From positions 280,474 through 344,473 of the forward strand of contig NMRA01000116.1 in the NCBI GenBank assembly GCA_002633005.1: 64,000 nucleotides of DNA, read 5' to 3'. The notes below the pieces were generated by a model, which was not told the origin of the DNA, searched no databases, and saw only the letters and a list, made by a program, of their open reading frames with translations. Shown here piece after piece: positions 43,101 to 61,766 of this stretch. Origin of the DNA: Phoronis australis. Taxonomy: Eukaryota; Animalia; Phoronida. The position numbers were made by a program, and so were the translations under genes. Numbering within the stretch: position 1 is the first letter of the stretch; the number at the start of each line of letters is the position of its first letter.

Positions 43101-46100
43101 ACTGTCATATGTCAGCAAATCCAATTTAAGTATTGCATTTGGAAGGAGTGGAAACTAAAAATTATGAACACATTCATAACTGGGAAATAATGGCCAGCAG
43201 TGCTTCATCATCACATTATGATTATTGTGGTAAAAACTGTCCAGTTTAGGACACTCTCTAAAATTTGGGACACTGAAATTCAAGCCAAAATTGAATTTTC
43301 TTGATTCTGAAGATAATTTTGGCATTCACCTGGGCTGGGTTGCATATAAAACTTCAAAATTATCCACTGGATAAGTTTGATTGTTGCATTGTTCAACAAT
43401 AACAAAATGACACGTGACAATGCGACGTCATTGACGTTATACGGCGTATAACTTTCATGCTGCTGCTTTCACATTCATCAAATATTGGACACCGAATTTT
43501 GTACCAAAAAAGTCTGAAATAAAATTGTCAAAAATATCCCCCAACACAAAATTTGTCTTTCTCATAATTCTTGAAATTGGGATGGACAATATTGCCTATT
43601 TCTAAAATTTGGAACAAGCTCAGACTTTGAGCAAACCAGAGAATTTTTACCGTATGTACTAGCATGCAAGACCAAGTCTCTAGTGAGACACATTCACAGG
43701 TATATGAACCTTGACCTGATTTCAGCAGCTGAGCTGCATAAGCTGATCTCAGAAATTCTAATTTCACAATTGGCGAATTGACACAACTTAAATGTCAGTG
43801 ATAGAAGGTCAGTTTTAATATTTAGTAAGCGCCACCTTGAGGAGAATGTTTGACAGAGAGATGAATGGAAGGACGCTGGACACCTGACAGAGACAACGCC
43901 AATATTTACCCACATGTGCATACATATTGTGGACACAAAAAATGGCAACTATTTTCACATGAAATGGAGAAATTTTACAATCCAATTTTCCAAATAATGT
44001 TTTACTAACAAGGTTGTGGTGAGAAATATTATTCACAAGTCCAAATAAGTAAAACTAAAACTAAGGGAAAACCGATTATTTTTAACATAGATCTCCACAT
44101 AGCAGGTCAGGAAATGACCAAACAAAAAATCTGAAAAGTTTTAATATTGCAACTCCTATTACTAACTTTTCAACACTTTTGAACCATGTGTAGAAGAGCA
44201 TCATGTGTCAAACATGTTTTAACATCATGTTATAATACATCTATCAAACTGAGTTACTATGGCAATCAGCTAAGTGAAAACTAAAAACACAATAATTCTA
44301 GAACTAGCGTTTTCTTGACCCAGCCTCATCTCAAAAATTAAGATAAGATCTAGCCACCATATTGTATTTTATAACCAAAAACAATCAAAAATAGTATTGC
44401 TGTAATTAGTAATTATGAACATCATTTCTGAACAAAATAGTTCCACCTTGATGATAACTTGGACTTAGACATAAAGACATACAGCTTTCTTTAATGTCCG
44501 AGTGTTCCAATACTGACACACAAGTTTTCAATAACCATTGCAAAGATTTTGCTGTAGGGTTCTAGTGCTATGATATAAGTAAACTGGACGTCTAAGAACT
44601 ATTTTTACAATTAAGCATGTTTTTGACATTGATGCGAATAGTGCGTTTTATATTATTTTCACTACATTAAAGACGGTGACAATATCATTTAGTTTATTTA
44701 GAAGCACTTTCATTTCACATTTTGCAGAGCATTTGAATAGTCACATTACTACACAAACCAACTGTCGTTACTAGCTGTAGTATTCAAGATTTACCTTTCT
44801 CTTTGTTTGATAGCAAATGGAGACAATTTCTTGAAAAATGACTTGGTGTTTCCAGACATGACTTCCTGACTAGTTTATGCCAAAGTCGATGTAATACATC
44901 TAAGCCACAGAGCATCCTATGTCCACTAAAACAGGTAACCAGGTGTAGAAGCCACACTCCACATCAGACACAAGCGCTGCATGTACCAATACACACACAT
45001 GTACACATGTACATAGCAGCAACATACAAGCACATCAAAGAACTAATTCTAATACACATCAAATGCCCTAGAGAAAGAGCTGTTTACAAAACACACATTA
45101 ACAGGACATTTAGCTAAAGCAAACAAACACCAAGGTTCATACTGGACAATGGAAAGGAATGAGACGCCAGGCCAAACAATGAGATATGTGTGATAGGAAG
45201 TGAGTGAAATGGGCACAGGTTGCTTAGGATAAATTAAGTGTGAAATTGGAGAAAGAAACAACAGCAGCATGACTGTATGAGGGGTATTGTGGTCAGGTCA
45301 TGATGTCATGCAGGGAACCTCAGTACACAAATAACAACATCTTAAATAATTTAATACCACACACAAAATCTGTAGTGTTCTGGTTACGAAAAATGATGTT
45401 TCCATAACTTTTCTCATAAATGATTTAAAGATATTTTGTTTTGCCCATTTTTCACAAAAAATAAACTCAAAATTTGTGCTTGTTTTATAAAAAACTGTTC
45501 ATGCTGTAAAAATAAAACAATTTTGTGATCCAGGCTTCAATGAAACGAATTCCAATACGACAGAAGCAATTGACCATGGAATTCTATTACACTGAATTAC
45601 CGTAAAGTGAAAACTTTATAAACAAATACCGGTTTACTCAAGCCAAACAGTAATTCCAACTTTCCACGCTATATACTTCACCAGATGAAATAATTTCAGT
45701 CAATCATATGTTACAAAATACATGAGGTCTATAGCCACACTTACCGTTCACCATCCTTTTTCTTTTCCTGAGCAGCTTGCACAATCATGGACCACTTTCT
45801 TGAATTCCCATTTCTCCTTGCCCTTCCCAATGTAGCTCTATTTCCATTCATGTTGGACTCAGTTTCAGCCTATAATAGACAACATTCGGGCTTCCTTCTG
45901 TACTTCTGAACATACATATCTAAAGAGCACACCATCTCGCCTTATAGTTCAGACAGGACATGCATGCACCTAGCCCTAACAACACAACTACCATAGAAAC
46001 GAATCAAAATTCACAGGTTAGAAATTTAGACAAAAAATGACACGGCATGGCTTCTCTGTTTGATCCACGGTATGCCTACTCAAATGCGATCTAACCTAAA

Positions 46101-49100
46101 TTAAACACATTCTTCAGTCTCCCTGCGATACAGCTAAACAGATTTTAAATTTCCCACATAACAAAATGTCAATTCTGATACAGGTATAACAGTGAGGCTA
46201 ATCCAATTGATTTTTTAATGTTGAGAACTCTTGTTATTCACAACTAACAGTCCAAAAGAATTTCTCATGGATTCATTAGGCATAAACAATTATGAAATAC
46301 AAAGTTGAAAAGGATTTAGAGGTCAATAAGAACTCAAGAAGTGATCTACTAATTATCTAATGAGAAGGAACTTTTGAGAATACAAATCTTTCCTACTCCA
46401 CGAGGCACAAATTACCATTTTTTAAAGGGAACACATCATACAAAAGATATGTAGTACCTGTCAATATAAGACAACTTTTGTAAAAGAATGAAATAAATAC
46501 TGAATACAAATTGACACCACGAGTGATTACATCCAAGGTGTGGAATAAGCTTTGATCTACTAAAAGTTGCCCTGCTTTGTCATTCAGTTAAGGCTATAAG
46601 GTTATACAGATGCATTACAAAGGTGGCTACTGTTCAAGTGATGGCGGCTATGCACTTCAAACAAATGTGTTTTTACTAAACAAACTGCAGATAATTTTAG
46701 GAGCACACCTCGCGTCATTGGCACAAAGTAATTCCATTGACACGCTATGATTGCTAAACTCGAGGCAGCGGGTTCGTTAAAATTGAAATCGAAAAAAGAC
46801 AAAAAACTAACATGGCCCATGGGTGCTTCAAATTGGCCCATAAACTTGAGGCTGCCTGAGTCAATACATTCCATACTCACGTTTTTCTAAAATGATCCCT
46901 GCAACTATGTTAACTAAGTTGCCAAGTGCACTTCACATTATGGGCTACGTTATTCAGAATTCACAGAGGGTAATAAAAAATTGTTTTCTCAGCCAGGACC
47001 ATAAAACCCTTGTTAAGCTGTGTTTAGTTACAGTCAAACTGGGACTGTTGTCTGTCTAAGAGCAGAGTTCACCAAGAACTGCTTTCACTGACATTGCATG
47101 TCGATGTCGAAAAGCCTATTGTGTGTGAACAACAAGCATGTTTTACAATTGTCGGAACACACCATTTTCACTTGTTGGAAAAATTCTAAGCCACTATGCA
47201 AGGACTAGTTACCTCCAAAATGAGTCAAAGCTATAATCCATTGCCAACACATATGGGTAATAATAACACAAAGACCTACGCCAGTTTACCTATTGCAGAT
47301 GGCTAAATTGTTGCAAAATGTTCCAAAATGATTGCTGTCCATCAAATGCATCATCAAGTATCAAGAACAAGCAGCTTTTACAGCCATATTAAAGCATAAC
47401 AAAGCCTTTATAAACTATGTTATTGTGTCAAAAATCTGAACCTTCCATCTAAGCCTATTGCTCTTCACAACACACAACGTCACCGCATTGGTTACATCAG
47501 TGCAGTGTTTCAAGGTAAAAATTGGTGGAAACAATCCAGTGTATTTTCAAGCAAATTTTTACTAGGAAAACATTTTTGGTTTGGGACAAAATTTTTCTGG
47601 GATTCTGAGTTCCACTTTCGCTGGATTAATTCGTGAAAAACATATTCATGACCTACAGGGTTTGCAGTTTCAATTAAATTCAGCTCGTTATCTACATCAT
47701 AAAACCATTGGTGCTTGCCCATGCATTGTATTGCATTGACTTAGTCGGTCAATAAGGGTTTCATAAGTTTTAGTTATTCATGAATGCTTTGTGGGGGGGG
47801 GCACGACCATTTGTGGAATTAATCCCATGTATTTTTTCCTGAAATATTTCTAAGATTGGGAACGGTACTAAGAAATCGCTTGCCTTCTCATGATGGCCAA
47901 TACTTGTCTGTCAAAAATGACAAGCAGTAACAACCTGTCAACCCTTCTCAAGCTTAAAGTTGATTTTCATGCATGGAGTGGGTTTATTGTCCCTTGAAGC
48001 TTTCAATTTAAATTTCTTATTTTAACTTGCCTTGTCCAGGCAATATTCTTCATAAGCCCACAATAAATTAAAACATTATGTACAACTGGGAAGTTACAAA
48101 AATAACTATCAATACATTTGACCCTAATACAACAGAACACACACAACTTCATATAAACGAGAAATGCATATTTTCAAACTACTTGCAATTAAACAATCAC
48201 AAGTGACGAAGTTCTGTGATCAAGCTATACCAGTTGACACACCATGTCTTACCTGCTAACCAAATCGGCAGACAATTACTAGTAGGTGTATATGTAATTA
48301 ACGATTTCAGTCACACTTCAAAGATGAAATAAACCAGTTTAAAGGCAGCTTTCGTTGAAACCGGAAGCACAGTTCAGCGATGATGTACATTTATAAAGAA
48401 TAGACAGTGCGACATTACGTAATGTTTAATAGTGTCCATAGCACATTACCGGTGGGTGTTGATGATATTGAATTTTGGATTGATATTGATTTAAAACACA
48501 ATAAGTTGTGAATAATAGGATGTCATTCACTTCAAATAAATTTAATGCTATTAGTCGTAAGAACGGATCTAGTCTGGATGCTCGATTAATTCTGCCATAG
48601 GGTTGTTTTTCAGAATTATCACCCAAGACGTGCAACTGGCTCTGTAAAACGTGTAAACCATTGATATCAAAAGACCACTGTACAATAGGTGCAGAAGGTA
48701 GTTTCTTTAACCTGGACCACACAAAACACTGTACCCTTGCCTGGGTACATGTAATTACTATAACCTGGACCACATAAAACACTGTACCCTTGCCTGGGTA
48801 TACAACACTAATGAGCTATAATGTTACAGTTCATTGATAAAACATATATTATAATTCTCACTTTGGGGTTTCATCTTTCTACTGGAAATCGAAATTCTAA
48901 ATTATTTTGCAGCACTTTCTATTCTACTTTTGTTCCAATAATTGTCTATTAATCTGTGCTAGAGTACATTATGGTTTATGCTTACCAGTTTCTAGTGCAA
49001 GTTTGTACATGATGAATGTTAGATCCGAGCAACAAACTTGTGTAAAAATAAGATTTCAGGCAAAAACTCGAAATTTCGAGTTCAGACCATACGTCAACAC

Positions 49101-49472
49101 TCTCCATCAGCTCCGGGCCTGTGAATGGTTTCCCCATACCACAAACTCACTTCCCCCAAACACCCTACAGCTAGTCTTCCATCTTGATTTCATATAGTAA
49201 TTAATTAGAATACAACTTAGTTGGACAATTTGATCATCTGGACTTGATGTACTATTCAATGAAGTTAATTCAACAACAATAGTCTTTGAATAGATTAGAT
49301 TTAGTTAGTGTCATTTAAGGTCACTTACCTCACAGACGCCCAATAGTTTGCCAACTTCATTCAAGACCATTTCTGCATCCATGTCATCGTATTTTGCAAA
49401 ATTTGGGTCATCACCAAAAGTTTTACAATCACTTCTTGTGCTGCCCATACTAAGCGTGGGTTTCTTAGACAT
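13141..49472 (-). CDS. Unnamed long coiled-coil protein with C-terminal CAP-Gly domain. Longest model exons 49472-49329, 45869-45745, 31573-31486, 21542-21359, 20250-20187, 20087-20012, 19493-19398, 19162-19019, 18358-18215, 17475-17257, 16317-15741, 14811-14701, 14208-14102, 13263-13141
   Basis: All junctions are GT-AG and phase-consistent. E/K/Q-rich heptad exons are followed by an S/D-rich linker, then a CAP-Gly-like sequence (VRIGDRV...GIVKFIG...LHVGLRMDAAVGDTDGEYKGKRYF.VPEAHG), ending DISVV*. The 3' twelve exons are well supported; the choice of 5' exons is inferred. Confidence 0.8.
14265..14480. repeat. Degenerate short tandem repeat in intron
   Basis: Recurring gaaataagtg(gatgtgtca...ct.gccatagaa) motifs about four times. 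Confidence 0.45.
16303..16402. repeat. ~50-bp tandem duplication spanning a splice acceptor
   Basis: actgttgtatagcgactgcaataaacattcttgaggttatctaggatcat is followed by actgttacgtagtgactgcaataaaaacatttatggttgtcaaggacctt. Confidence 0.75.
20410..20915 (+). repeat. Copy of a dispersed repeat family with ~140-160-bp internal units and a CCACTAGGGGG motif
   Basis: Shared motifs aaatttcat(a/g)aagatcc and aaaatggccactagggg (20571), with a gacagacagacg tail. Related copies at ~27.1, ~50.7 and ~55.8 kb. Confidence 0.65.
21577..21936. mobile_element. Foldback/MITE with ~110-bp imperfect terminal inverted repeats
   Basis: attgtattc...ggacaatactcacaaaattaaattcc...gaggcatcac...ccttcaaagggaagatggtactg is mirrored by cagtaccatccttcttttgaagg...gtggtgcctc...ggaatttatttttgtgagtgttgtcc...gagtacaat. 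Confidence 0.75.
22385..22978. mobile_element. MITE family copy (termini ~(TT)AAGGTTATGTAGGACC; Kolobok-like)
   Basis: Left end aaagttatgtaggac, right end ggtcctacacaaggttaa, internal ggtcacatgacca. Related ends at 37365-37892, 41685-42148 and ~52770. Confidence 0.55.
27100..27470 (+). repeat. Copy of the CTCF-motif repeat family
   Basis: Units at 27135 (CCACTAGGGGGCAC), ~27275 (gcaactagag) and 27425 (ccactaga), with an aaatttcatgaaaac...gtcaaggaac motif. Confidence 0.65.
28494..28643 (-). CDS. Candidate alternative first coding exon of the CAP-Gly gene (MPASEDGTLHDNAFCKHERKRKNSTTPVVAEKPIVQGSVEFVKAEDLSDN)
   Basis: 150-nt open frame from ATG to a consensus donor AAC|gtaagt. Phase 0 matches the acceptor at 21542. 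Confidence 0.5.
29177..29220. repeat. Perfect 22-bp tandem duplication
   Basis: aagggtatactcttgttaaagc occurs twice in direct succession. Confidence 0.85.
29793..30370. mobile_element. Old palindromic MITE, TTAA-flanked (Kolobok-like), with a central hairpin
   Basis: ttaaagg at the left end and cctttaa at the right end. Internal inverted repeat at 30007-30123 (actctcataaattg...attccttactccgacaggattct / agaatcctgtcagggtaaggaat...caattttatgagagt). Confidence 0.5.
31005..31345. mobile_element. Foldback MITE
   Basis: Arms cttttgtgcaaactcaaaataagtgtcta...ttgatgacccc are mirrored by ggggtcatcaa...tagacactagtcttgagttcgcacaaaag, centred near 31180. Confidence 0.65.
33245..35142. mobile_element. Non-autonomous Tc1/mariner (Tc2-like, CCGTA termini) element
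   Basis: TA|ccgtattcgccctagtaagcgccc at the left and gggcgcttatttagggcaaatacag|TA at the right, i.e. a TA duplication. The interior is more CpG-rich. No transposase ORF recognised. Confidence 0.75.
34595..35033. mobile_element. MITE nested inside the Tc2-like element
   Basis: TIRs ccggggttttccatagataagccca / tgggcttatctacggaaattcccag. Subterminal gggcatttattcggaaaa / ttttccgaataaacgccc. TA on the left, TC on the right. Confidence 0.7.
37365..37892. mobile_element. MITE family copy (AAGGTTAT..TAGGACC termini)
   Basis: Left end taaggttatatgtaggacc, right end ggtcctatacaaccctaa, internal ggtcacgtgacca. Confidence 0.55.
38345..38482 (-). mobile_element. Degraded tRNA-derived SINE head
   Basis: The reverse strand has A-box-like tggcctagagg and B-box-like ggttcgact at tRNA-like spacing, with no cloverleaf. 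It is followed by a duplicated cactgcta.acccttgagtc. Confidence 0.45.
39666..39820 (-). CDS. Candidate alternative first coding exon (MAERRTVSTWRNMVKRAVGGDRKSAAQKSPGRKISLHTATQQLLEQKRAEH/R)
   Basis: 155-nt open frame from ATG to AG|gtagtg. Phase 2 matches the acceptor at 31573. Confidence 0.55.
42190..42320 (-). CDS. Candidate alternative first coding exon (MQENIVQLHDTTEWPGFVVNLGQRTGVGSETQEQKTENNSVVE/T)
   Basis: 131-nt open frame ending AC|gtaata. Phase 2 matches 31573. Confidence 0.4.
44795..44859 (-). CDS. Candidate alternative first coding exon (MSGNTKSFFKKLSPFAIKQRE/R)
   Basis: gtcATG start, 65 nt, donor AG|gtaaat. Phase 2 matches 31573. Confidence 0.5.
48709..48800. repeat. ~53-bp-period direct repeat, 2 copies
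   Basis: aacctggaccaca(c/t)aaaacactgtacccttgcctgggta occurs twice. Confidence 0.85.
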
Positions 49473-49662
49473 TTTTCATAACAAAATTAGACTAGGCCAC
49501 TTGGCTTAAAATCTGAAATGTGAAAAAAGCCATTGTAAGGTGTTGAAGTTGACTGTCAACAAATGTACTGTAAGTAGACAGAAATTTGCTGTGAGGTCTT
49601 AAGGTTGTATTTACACCCTCTTTCTTGTTCATTCTCATGCTTTTGAAGAAAACCAGGATGTA

Positions 49663-49795
49663 TGAACAAACATTGCAATTATAATTTATAGCAAATAATA
49701 AATTATACCCGGCATATACAGTATTATGTGAACAAACATTACAATTATAATTTATAGCAGATAATAAATTATACCTGCCATATACAGTATTATGA
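49663..49795. repeat. 66-bp tandem repeat, 2 copies
   Basis: tgaacaaacatt.caattataatttatagca.ataataaattatacc..catatacagtattatg occurs twice (seen as a duplicated peptide in spurious ORF 49492..49821). Confidence 0.85.
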
Positions 49796-50689
49796 AAATG
49801 AGGAGTTACATTACTATGCAAATGAATAAATGCATGACTTTTATTTTGTGATGCTCTTACTTTGTATCAACAAAAGAAAATAAATACTCCTCAATTACAT
49901 AGTTGAAATGCTAATTGTACTGAATTAAATAACAAACAATGAAAGAAAAAGAACGGTAGAACCGATGCACATCAATGACATTATGGGTAGTATAAATAGA
50001 CAAGTGTATGAAAAAGCTACCGTTTCGCAAAACACTATAGCAAGCAAAAATGCCATGGCATGTACAGTAACTAGTCAAGTAAAAATTTAAATACTTACCC
50101 AACCTCCATGGATCTTGTTCCATACGAACTTGCAAGAAGCGAGAAGATTATGACCAATGAGTAGAACAATTTCTACGTATGTATACAAAAGGGTCTATGA
50201 AGGTTTCCCATGGTTGCTTTGATAGTGAAACCCAATACATAGCAAATATTAGGCAAATTTGTAAACTGTCAAATAACAATTAAAAAAATAAAAAGAGATT
50301 GTCCACAGGGTGAAATTAAAAATCAATTAAGTTGTCCACATGCAACTGAAACCTGACAAGTTGCTCAGGTAATCCGATAAATCTATTTAGAATAGACCGA
50401 AAAATCAATATGACTGGCCATACATGTCAAAATGTATTGCAAGTAGAGTTTCATTTAGCACTTAAACAAAATATTTGAAAGGAGTGAGCAAATATTGTGT
50501 TGTATGCTCAGACTTAAACTGTCAACCAACAAGATAGGCAAGAAAACACCCACAGAAGAGTATTATGTCATCAATTTGAAAAGTAAATACAATAACAAGA
50601 GCAAAGCAAGCATTCAAATGTACCCATGACAACTGCACTTCAATCTGTATGCTTCTAGGGCTGTGTATACGTATCTCGAAATACAAAAA

Positions 50690-51450
50690 ATAAAAAGGTC
50701 ACAACGGGTTCAGCACACATCAAGTCTGTCTGAAACAAGGAAAGTGCTGTCATTTTCATGATGGAAACCTATTTCCAAAAATTCCATGAAAGTCCGTCAA
50801 GAAGCTTATAATAAACTGCCACTAGGGGACACCACAGCAATCAGGCTTGTCCCATGATAAATGTCAGTACTCTCCTCAATTACAAAAGGTATACCAAATT
50901 TCATGAAGATTCGTCAAGGAACTTAACAGACATGGGGGAATACATAAAGAAAAGCTAAACTGCCACTAGGGGGAATCATCGGAGTTCAAACTGTCCGAAA
51001 TCAACGTCAACGATGCCTATCTCAATAGGAGCACATCTTTGAAATTTCACAATGATCCTTCAAGCAGTTTGGCAGACAGAGCCGAAGATGCAAAAAAACA
51101 GAAGCAATGTCAATTAAAATGGCCACTACAGAGCAGATTTTTTAAAATTCGTTGTAAAGTGAGTGTCTTCGTCACCATAATAGTCACCTATTTGTCAAAT
51201 TTCATGAAAATGCATTCAGGAACTCAGAAGATATTGACACTAACATAACCAACTAAAACTGCCATCTGGGGAGCACACCAGCAGTCGAATCTGTCCAAAA
51301 ATTCACTCATGCCGTCCCATCCATGACACGAACATGTAAGCGAAATTTGACTATCATCCATTAAGAGGTTTTGGAAATGCAGCTGAAGCCAGAGATGACG
51401 GCATAATGCACCCTTACAACGTGCGTGCGTGTGTGGGGGGTACATAAAAA
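50690..51450 (+). repeat. Most complete copy of the CTCF-motif repeat family (4-5 internal units, terminal hairpin)
   Basis: gccact/gccatc motifs at 50819, 50963, 51123 and 51262, each preceded by an aaatt(t/c)ca.. motif. Ends atgcaccc...gggtacat-aaaaa. Confidence 0.7.
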
Positions 51451-52901
51451 GCCAAGAAAGATCTTAATTTTTGCCAAAAACTCTAATAGGGTCTGACCTA
51501 TCATTAACATGCAGGTACTAGCCATATTAGATCAAAATCTGATTGTAGTTACAGGAGCTAGAGTGACGACGAGCATAATTCAGACGGACGCTGGATGTTG
51601 GACAACAATAAATACCCGTAACAACATCTAGAACTATGTTGAAAAGATTTCCTTTAATCATTTTAAAACTTCTACATTCAAAAGTCAGATGTATCTTAAC
51701 ATGAGAAGACAGGCAAAAAATGATAACTTGTGTCAAGTTTTAACAATAATTTATTAAGACAATTCAACGTTCCAGGTTAGTTAATTCACTTTACTCAACA
51801 GCATACTAACTGATTTAACCCTCAACACCTCAAACAGAATAACTGTTCGTTCAGTCACAACAATATTAACACCACATTCCTAAAACGTTAACCTACTCCG
51901 GCAAATACTAGTAACAATGTTTTATCTCCACACAGCACTAACCGGTGCACTCATTAGACCAAATCTATAAAACACCCAACTCAGTGATACACAGCCAGCC
52001 AACCATGACAAGACCAAGGGCTGATAAACTGAAACTATACAGTGAAATCACTGTGATAAGATAAACATTATTTTAATTGAATTAAATGCACCTGACAGCA
52101 AAAATGCAAAATGCATGGCTTTACAAGTAAATATCACGGAACGAAGAATGCACTTAGCTTGAGAAGCAGCCAAGAATGATAAGTTGTGACTAGAACATGT
52201 CTAACACATTTTGTAATTCACAAAAACCAAACTCCAATGAGTATAACAAAAAAATTTAGCCTAAGACACTGAAGGATATGTAGTACCTTATCAACAAGTC
52301 TGCTCATTTAAAGCCATAAATCTACAAAACTGCACAATTTAACTCAAGAAAATTATATATTTTTGAGAGTAGAAAGTTTGTTACACAGTAGAATTTGATT
52401 CATTACTTTGTCCCTAACTGCAACCACGTGAGTCACATGACCATGTCTTTTAGTCAAATTTTAAGCAAAAAGACAATAACATGACCAAATATCATTTGAC
52501 ACAAACGTTCAAGATAAAAAGTCAGAAAACCTGAAACAGATTTCTAAATTATCATTTTTTAATCAACTTTCACAACTTTTCATTTTGTCCATCAAAATCA
52601 CAAGTCCTATTTTTGGATAGCGACTCGTGCAAAAGTGGAAAATTTCAAAAACAATTCCTAATAGCGATTTGTGCACAGAGCACAACATCTGAAAGTTTCA
52701 CATGGATCAAAATACCCATTTCTGATATATGATATTCCAAATGTAACCAAATTTTGCCAATTTTCGAAGGTCCTACATAGCCTTCAATGAGACTTTTTTT
52801 AGACAGGTTCAGCACTAGTTAGCAGAAGCTGTTGTTTTGATAGTACATATCAAGTGGTTACAGAAAGCATAACTCCACAGAAGCCTTTGTCGCCAGTACG
52901 T

Positions 52902-59921
<7,020 letters not shown>

Positions 59922-60459
59922 CTAAAAAACAATAAACCATCACGTGCGTCTAGACTAGCACAGTTTTGTAAAGATGACTTCTGCTCTGCATATCTCACAT
60001 GATCAAATGATTTATTGCAAGCTGGGTAAAACTTGAAAACTAAGAACTAAATGACCTTTAAAGCCAGATCTACCTGCAGTGTATTCAGATCTGTTACAGG
60101 ATTCCCCCCAAAATTAGGGAATCCCCAGCACTGTTTTTATTGTTTTATTCTACAATGACAGAGAGTGCACCCAGTGGTGAATCAAGTCCGTAAGATATGG
60201 ACAAAACGGCTGTACACTAACCACACCAATGTATGGTTCTGTGGTGCCAAAGGGATCTTTACTTAATATTTTCATCACTTAATGGAACCCAGTAATATAC
60301 ATAGTCTTAACGCGGATAATTTTTTGTAATACAAACTAGTTTGTAAACAAGCTTTTGCTTGCAATATAGTTTAGAGAAGTTTTACTGAATGTTGTTCTGA
60401 GCTTCGTGCACCTAGGTACTTCAGCCAAGAAGGCCCATCAATTTCAAGATTTTGTTTAA

Positions 60460-61766
60460 AGGCGAAGGCAACCTTTTTTCATGTCACTTTTATCAAAAAC
60501 AAGGTCTGTTGATTATCCCAGACATATTTTTCACTTAATTACAGCTTTTCGTAATTTAATTAATTTCTCGTCCTCTACTCCGGAAGTGACGTTTTGGGAG
60601 GCAAGAATTTCGCACCAATTTCTTTTCATACAGTCTGACTGTGAGAGCAGTCGAGTCAGTCATTGTTCTACCTCTGCTGTGATAAGTTCGGTCGTCGTTT
60701 GCTTTTGTTTACGAGTCAGTTAACATGCCACGCTGTTGTTGCGTACCAGGATGTACTCATTATCGTCTCACACGCGCTTTGGGTACCTTGCATCGTTTTC
60801 CGAAGGATGACACACTTCGCCGTACTTGGCTAGCTCGCTCATGTGAAGAACGCAGCCGCTACCCGTTCACGCAACGTACAAAGCAGTGTCAAGCATTTTC
60901 AGCCGTCAGATTACGACAGAGATATGTACACTGAATTGATGAAGGTCCCTGCGAAACAACGCCTGAAGAAGGGTTCCATACCGTCGCTGTTGATTCCCGG
61001 CAGTGCCCCGTCGCCACCCCCAAGAAGTGTGTTTTTGAAGTGAGAAGCCTCGCGAGCTGTGGCCACAGTGACTGGAGGCACTTGATCTACTGTCACCCAT
61101 GCCTCCGAACGTACCCCATAGCGTGCATTTCCAGGAACTAGTAGTGATTCCCCGTGTGCTGTTGTCTCTAGCCCAGAGCCTGTAAGCAGTCCTGCAGCGA
61201 TGTTGAGTAGTGAGAGTGAATACAGGCCCAGTTTGACAACCAGTGAAGAGGACAGTTTGTCATCCAATGAACAGATCAGTGAGCCTAAGTTTGATAAGTT
61301 TATTGTGGACTTGTATTGAAGCTATTTAGAAGGTGCCACGTGTGTGACGAGGGAGTCGCACGGTGGGATGTAAGCAGTTTGGGTGCTTAAGTCACCATCC
61401 ACTGGGAGTGTGTCGCGGGACACTCGGGCAAGTGGGACAGTTCTTCCTCTGTACGCGAGACGATAATGAGTACATCTCGGTAGGCAGCAACAGCGTGGCA
61501 TGTTGACTGACTCGTAAACAAAAGCAAACGACGACCGAACTTATTACAACCGAGGTAGAACAATGACTGACTGGACTGCTCTCACAGTCAGACTGTATGA
61601 AAAGCAACTGGTGCGAAATTCTTGCCTCCCAAAACGTAACTTCCGGAGTGGACGACGAGTAATTAATTAAATTATGAAAAGCTGTAAATAAGTGAAAAAT
61701 ATGTCTGGGATAATCAACAAACCCTATTTTTGCTAAAAATGACATGAAAAAAGGTTGCCTTCGCCT
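60460..61766 (+). mobile_element. Non-autonomous Kolobok-like DNA transposon with a disrupted THAP ORF and ~310-bp inverted termini
   Basis: TTAA at 60456-60459 and 61767-61770, with termini AGGCGAAGGCAACC / GGTTGCCTTCGCCT. TTAA TSD, RR..YY ends and a THAP domain are Kolobok hallmarks. Confidence 0.85.
60725..61450 (+). pseudogene. Frameshifted 5' part of a THAP-domain transposase
   Basis: MPRCCCVPGC...LHRFPKD..LRRTWL, then after a frameshift KHFQPSDY...RLKKGSIPSL (THAP HF and AVP-like motifs). Later KFIVD..LFRRCHVC...HWECVAGH.GKWDS with stops. No DDE core. Confidence 0.8.

Noticed and set aside
48709-49795. Direct repeats resembling a CRISPR array
   Set aside because: Only two-copy local duplications, no spacer series, no cas genes, eukaryotic context.
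50099-50123. Micro-exon MEQDPWRL with a gtaagt donor
   Set aside because: Phase 1 matches no downstream coding acceptor, and splicing to the acceptor near 49512 hits a stop. At most a 5' UTR exon.
60481-61745. Two similar ORFs (60481..60723 + and 61392..61745 -) that look like paralogous small genes
   Set aside because: They are translations of the two inverted-repeat arms upstream of the THAP ATG.
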